Source: an uncultured Actinomycetes bacterium
GTDB lineage: Bacteria; Actinomycetota; Thermoleophilia; UBA2241
Length of the DNA: 64,000 nt
Assembly (NCBI GenBank): GCA_963725665.1
Contig: CAVRZA010000001.1
Coordinates: 64,001 to 128,000 of the forward strand
Direction: 5' to 3'
Below, one piece after another: positions 59,897 to 64,000 of the stretch (the first letter of the stretch is position 1; each line of letters opens with the position of its first letter). The notes under the pieces were generated by a model. It worked only from the letters and a program-made list of their open reading frames with translations. It was not told where the DNA came from and searched no databases. Position numbers and translations under genes: made by a program.

Positions 59897-61060
59897 GTGA
59901 TGGACGTCGTAGAGCGCTACCTCCTCCTCTCGCTGCGCCTCGGGCGCCACATCGACGGCTTCGTCGACTTCTACTACGGCCCGCCCGAACTTGCCGAGCG
60001 GGTCGTGGGCGAGGAGCCGGCCGCGCCGGGGACACTCGCCGACGAGGCGCGGGAGCTCGTCCGCTCCCTCGGCGACCTCGGCGACTCGCAGCGCGAGCGC
60101 TGGCTCGCGGCGCAGCTGGAGGGCCTTGCCGCCGTCACCGAGCGGCTCGACGGTAGGCCAATGTCGTACGCGGAGGAGGTGCGCCGTTGCTACGGCATCG
60201 ATCTCGACCCCGCGTCCGAGGACGAGCTTGCGGCGGCGCACCGGCGTCTCGACGAGCTGCTCCCGGGCCCGGGCCCCCTGGGCGAGCGCTTCCGCGCGTG
60301 GCGCCGAGAGCGCGAGCTGCCGCCAGACGCCGTCCTCCCGGCGATGGAGGCACTGACGACGGAGCTGCGCCGGCGCACCAACGCGCTCTTCGGCCTGCCG
60401 GAGGGCGAGGCGGCCGAGATGGAGCTCGTCTCGAACGAGCCCTGGGACGCGTTCAACTACTACCTGGGCGGCAGGCGCAGCCGGATCGCCCTCAACACCG
60501 ACCTCCCCTTGCGGGCGGAGGTACTGCCCATCGTCGTGGCCCATGAGATCTACCCGGGCCACCACACGGAGAACGCGCTCAAGGAGGCCCTGCTCGTCGA
60601 CGGTCGCGGGCACCTCGAGCAGGCGATCGCCCCGGTGGGGACGCCGCAATCGCTTGTCGCGGAGGGGATCGCGACCACGGCGCTGGACATCCTCGGCGAG
60701 GAGGCGGAGGTCGCGTGCGCGCAAATCCTCGCCGGCTTGGGCGCCGGCTACGACGTAGAGCTGGTGCGCGCGGTTCGCGAGGCCGAGCAGCCGATGTGGC
60801 GCGTCGACGACTGCGCCGCGCACATGATCCACGTGCAGGGCCGCGATCTCGACGACGCGCGCGCGTTCGTGAGCCGCTGGTCGCTGCGCCCGCCGGACGA
60901 GGTAGAGAAGACGATCGAGTTCGTCACCCACCCGACCTGGCGCGCGTACGTCGTCGTGTACGAGACGGGGCGGCGGCTCGTCGAGGCGTGGACGGCGGCT
61001 GACCCTGCGCGCTACCGGCGACTGCTGACCGAACAGCTGACCACCACGGATCTGCAATAG
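59897..61060 (+). CDS. Hypothetical metallopeptidase-like protein (DUF885-related)
   Basis: AHEIYPGHH and downstream EG motif; TAGGCT 6 nt before GTG. Confidence 0.7.
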   Translation: MMDVVERYLLLSLRLGRHIDGFVDFYYGPPELAERVVGEEPAAPGTLADEARELVRSLGDLGDSQRERWLAAQLEGLAAVTERLDGRPMSYAEEVRRCYGIDLDPASEDELAAAHRRLDELLPGPGPLGERFRAWRRERELPPDAVLPAMEALTTELRRRTNALFGLPEGEAAEMELVSNEPWDAFNYYLGGRRSRIALNTDLPLRAEVLPIVVAHEIYPGHHTENALKEALLVDGRGHLEQAIAPVGTPQSLVAEGIATTALDILGEEAEVACAQILAGLGAGYDVELVRAVREAEQPMWRVDDCAAHMIHVQGRDLDDARAFVSRWSLRPPDEVEKTIEFVTHPTWRAYVVVYETGRRLVEAWTAADPARYRRLLTEQLTTTDLQ

Positions 61061-61159
61061 GCGCACACGGTCGCGTCAAGAGGAGGCCAGGGAGTGCTGA
61101 CCTCCGCCCCCCAACGGCGGCGCACGACGACCCCAGCCTCAGCGGCGCTGGGCCGCATG

Positions 61160-62587
61160 CTAGACGGACACGGCAGCCGTGATTACGTCCAGTTCGCGCA
61201 CTTGATCGGCTGAAAGCAGCGGCCCACGCTCGTCGGCGAGTGCAAGAACCTCGCGCACCCGTTCGCACGCCACGTCGTACTCGGTGCGTCCTACCTCCTG
61301 CCATTTCTCGTAGGACAATCGCGAGGCAATCGAGGGGAGGAACTGCTCCCCGGCACGAACGCGGCGCCTGGTTTCCTTCTCGCGCAGGTAGTCGCCGCTG
61401 AAGCCGACCCGCTCGATCATGTCGGCCATGATCGTCTCTGGCGTGATCTCAACCTCGCCCAAGATGCGCTTGATCATCTGGGCTATCTCGTTGTCGATGA
61501 TGATTTGCGGCAGAGACAAGACACCGGCGCCGTTCAGTAGCCCTATCCCTCCTGTCATGAGGTCTGCGCCACTCGACGCGACTACCAAGCCCTTCAACGC
61601 CTTCTCGAAGCCCGCTTGAACTCCCGCGTACTTTGCATCGGTGGCGAGGGCTGGTGCCAGGGCTGGGACCCCCAGGTAGTGCGAGACCTCAACACAGGCC
61701 GCAGATATCTGCCCCGCCTCCAGAGCAGCAAATGCGAAGGTCGTTGTACGCATGTCGAGGACCCCGGCGCAGGCTCCCATCATCAGAGGCGCTCCGGGAC
61801 AGCTCAACTGCACGGCAGTCGCCGCACCGAGGAACTCGGCGATGTTCATGACGACTGCCCCCGCGACGGTGATCGGCGCCGTGCCTCCGGTGGTTGGCAT
61901 CGACAGGATGTTCACCGGGAACCCGTGCACAGCCATCTCGATGCAGGCATCGAGCGCCGGGCCGTGCGCCTGCATCGGCGACGCAGTGGTGGTGATGAAG
62001 CTGACGCGTGGGCGGTGCCGCCGGCTCTCGAGATCGCCGCCGACCACTTCGGTCATCCGAAGGATGGGATCTACCTGTGACAGGTCCTCTATCTGTACCT
62101 GTACATGCTTGCCTGTTGAAGCCAGCGTTGCGGCGATCTCCACCACAATGCGGCCCTGGGGCGGACAGTCGTTGCCCGCCACAATCGGCCAGATGATGTC
62201 GACCGCTGACATCGAGTCGAGGACAGTTGTCGCTTTGCGGAGATCCTCGACCGTCGTCGACCGGTACGCCCCAGTTTCGAAGTCAATGGTCCTACTGGCT
62301 TGACCGGAGTTGAGAAAGTGGATGCTTCCGTCTAGGACACAATCGCGGTCCGGCGTCGCGCCGCCTAAGACATAGCTGTGGGGCATCGTGGCCAGGGCAC
62401 ACTCAACGAGGCGTCGGGGAATCCGGGCAGTCCCTGTTTCACGATCGACAGCTGCGCCGGCGTTCGCCAGCGTCTCCAGCGCCCTTCCCGGCCCGAACCG
62501 CATCCCCATGTGCTCAAGCAGGCTGACCGCCTCTTCGTAGACTAGTGCTCGCTCCTCTTTCGTCGTCCACCCGACGCGTGCTCTCAC
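61160..62587 (-). CDS. mttB: Trimethylamine methyltransferase (MttB) family protein, non-pyrrolysine
   Basis: GGTAPITVAGAVV..IAEFL, DMRT, TDAK...QAGFEK, IIIDNEI; no in-frame TAG. Confidence 0.88.
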   Translation of the reverse strand: MRARVGWTTKEERALVYEEAVSLLEHMGMRFGPGRALETLANAGAAVDRETGTARIPRRLVECALATMPHSYVLGGATPDRDCVLDGSIHFLNSGQASRTIDFETGAYRSTTVEDLRKATTVLDSMSAVDIIWPIVAGNDCPPQGRIVVEIAATLASTGKHVQVQIEDLSQVDPILRMTEVVGGDLESRRHRPRVSFITTTASPMQAHGPALDACIEMAVHGFPVNILSMPTTGGTAPITVAGAVVMNIAEFLGAATAVQLSCPGAPLMMGACAGVLDMRTTTFAFAALEAGQISAACVEVSHYLGVPALAPALATDAKYAGVQAGFEKALKGLVVASSGADLMTGGIGLLNGAGVLSLPQIIIDNEIAQMIKRILGEVEITPETIMADMIERVGFSGDYLREKETRRRVRAGEQFLPSIASRLSYEKWQEVGRTEYDVACERVREVLALADERGPLLSADQVRELDVITAAVSV

Positions 62588-62740
62588 CGCCAGCCTCCCA
62601 TTCCGAAGCTATCGATCACTGTTGGTCGAAGACTCTCGGACAGCCACTGCACGATGTGCAACCGGCGCGACCCTCCTTCTTGCTCCTGAGATCGTCGGTG
62701 ATGTGACGAGTCGAACGCTGTCGCGAGGATCAGTGTTCCC

Positions 62741-64000
62741 TTAGGCCTCTTCCTCTGGGCGCCGACGCCGTCGCAGCATCACCACGGTCACGCCGGCAAT
62801 CACCGCCGCCACCGCAATGCCCCAGATCCACGTCAATGACTTGCCCCCCTCGGCAACGGCCTTCGGCGCCACATCCAAATAGGATTTCTGGGTGTCCTGT
62901 GTCATCACAACTGGACCCTTGCCGTTGAGGGTGCGCAGCCACCCGGTCCACTTCTCCGTGTTGTACGCCTGCAGCAGCGTCGGGTACGCGATCACGGACT
63001 CGGGGCAGTTCTCGTACATGACCTTCTGCGCCTCCATCACGAACTGGGCGCGCTTGTCTTTGTCGAGCTCCTGGGCTTGCAGCTCGTAGAGGCGGTCGAA
63101 CTTCGCGTTCGACCAGCAGGGCTCGTTCCAGTTCTCGATCTGGCTTGTCGTGAAGGCGTTCAGCGTCTGGCCGGGGTCGTCGTAGCCGTACCAGGTCCAG
63201 AAGTACATGTCGAAGTCGGGGGCGTATGTGTCGCCCTTGTAGTTCCAGATGCGATCGGTCAGGAAGCCCTCGTCCACGACCTCGTATCGGATGTCGAGGC
63301 CGATGTCGCGAAACCAGCCGGTGATGAGCTTGCCCGCGGCCTGCTCCTGGGTCGACGCGGTGAGGGCCCACATCCGAAGCCTGATCGGTTTCCCCTTGTA
63401 CTCGCGTAGGCCATCGCCGTTCGTGTCGGTGTAGCCGGCCTCATCGAGCAGGCTCTTGGCCTTCTCGGGGTCGAAGGTGCGCAGCACGCCGGCCGGCGGC
63501 TGCCAGTGGTAGTCGGGGTTGGTCCAGCAGTCCGGCGTCAAGACAGTAGTGCCCGGGATCGCCCTGCCGTTGTAGGCGATCGAGACCAGTTGGTCGCGGT
63601 CGATTGCGTAGTCTAGTGCGACGCGAAACTTGGGGTCGCGCAGTGCGGGGTGCCCAAGTGAGGCGGCGCGTGCGTAGCCGTTGTAGTCCAGGTAGTCCCA
63701 GTTGAAGAGGAGGTAGGAGATGGCGTTGATGCCGGGTGTGTTCTTGAGCCTCGCGAAGTCGCCCACCGTGATCTGGTGCGCCGCGTCGATCCGGCCGGCC
63801 TTGAGATCCATGACCATCGTGCTCGGGTTCCTGTAGTAGATGAGCATGAGTTCGTCCACGGCCGGTGCGCCCAGAAAGTAGTCCTTGTTGGCCTCCATGC
63901 GAACGTACTCGCCGCGCTTCCACTCCACGACCTGGAACGGGCCGCTCCCGATCACGGGCGGGTCGTTTCTGAACGTCGTCGCCGCTGCCTTGGGCGGGAT
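62741..64000 (-). CDS. ABC transporter peptide-binding protein (family 5) with C-terminal TM anchor, 5' end outside window
   Basis: IGSGPF, LRDPKFRVAL..AIDR, FDPEKAKSLLDEAGY; C-terminal hydrophobic helix followed by RRRRR. Confidence 0.92.
   Translation of the reverse strand: MPPKAAATTFRNDPPVIGSGPFQVVEWKRGEYVRMEANKDYFLGAPAVDELMLIYYRNPSTMVMDLKAGRIDAAHQITVGDFARLKNTPGINAISYLLFNWDYLDYNGYARAASLGHPALRDPKFRVALDYAIDRDQLVSIAYNGRAIPGTTVLTPDCWTNPDYHWQPPAGVLRTFDPEKAKSLLDEAGYTDTNGDGLREYKGKPIRLRMWALTASTQEQAAGKLITGWFRDIGLDIRYEVVDEGFLTDRIWNYKGDTYAPDFDMYFWTWYGYDDPGQTLNAFTTSQIENWNEPCWSNAKFDRLYELQAQELDKDKRAQFVMEAQKVMYENCPESVIAYPTLLQAYNTEKWTGWLRTLNGKGPVVMTQDTQKSYLDVAPKAVAEGGKSLTWIWGIAVAAVIAGVTVVMLRRRRRPEEEA

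Noticed and set aside
62588-62740. Cobalamin or SAM riboswitch upstream of mttB
   Set aside because: No B12 box or S-box consensus is recognisable in the spacer

Overview
GC-rich bacterial chromosome segment, most consistent with an anaerobic or microaerophilic actinobacterium such as Thermoleophilia (inference from gene content, a DtxR/IdeR box and many leaderless-type promoters). Many conserved genes carry single-base frameshifts, which suggests uncorrected long-read indels. Layout: (1) 1-7500, a NarX/LiaS-type sensor kinase, a receiver protein, an MMPL transporter and small membrane proteins, with a repeated promoter module that drives two homologous small ORFs ending in ssrA-like tails. 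(2) About 7600-13560, an island at the 3' end of tRNA-Glu holding an integrase-less integron cassette array on the minus strand, with three clear attC sites and one partial one. Its cassettes encode HEPN, HNH and PD-(D/E)XK-like nucleases, DUF1801 and a DHFR-family protein, and the island is bracketed by inverted TGCAACC repeats and an inverted tRNA-Glu fragment. (3) tRNA-Gln/tRNA-Glu and three FnIII-like paralogs. (4) A C4-dicarboxylate cluster (sucCD, malic enzyme with an 11-aa repeat tail, two-subunit fumarase, sdhAB plus a CCG subunit) interrupted by secreted enzymes. (5) Housekeeping and metal genes, including FTR1 with a DtxR box and a His-less CsoR/CstR-like repressor. (6) Clostripain, GH9 and acyltransferase genes. 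(7) tRNA-Ala with a decayed islet. (8) A non-pyrrolysine MttB-family methyltransferase and an ABC solute-binding protein. All family assignments come from reading motifs by eye; no database searches were run.
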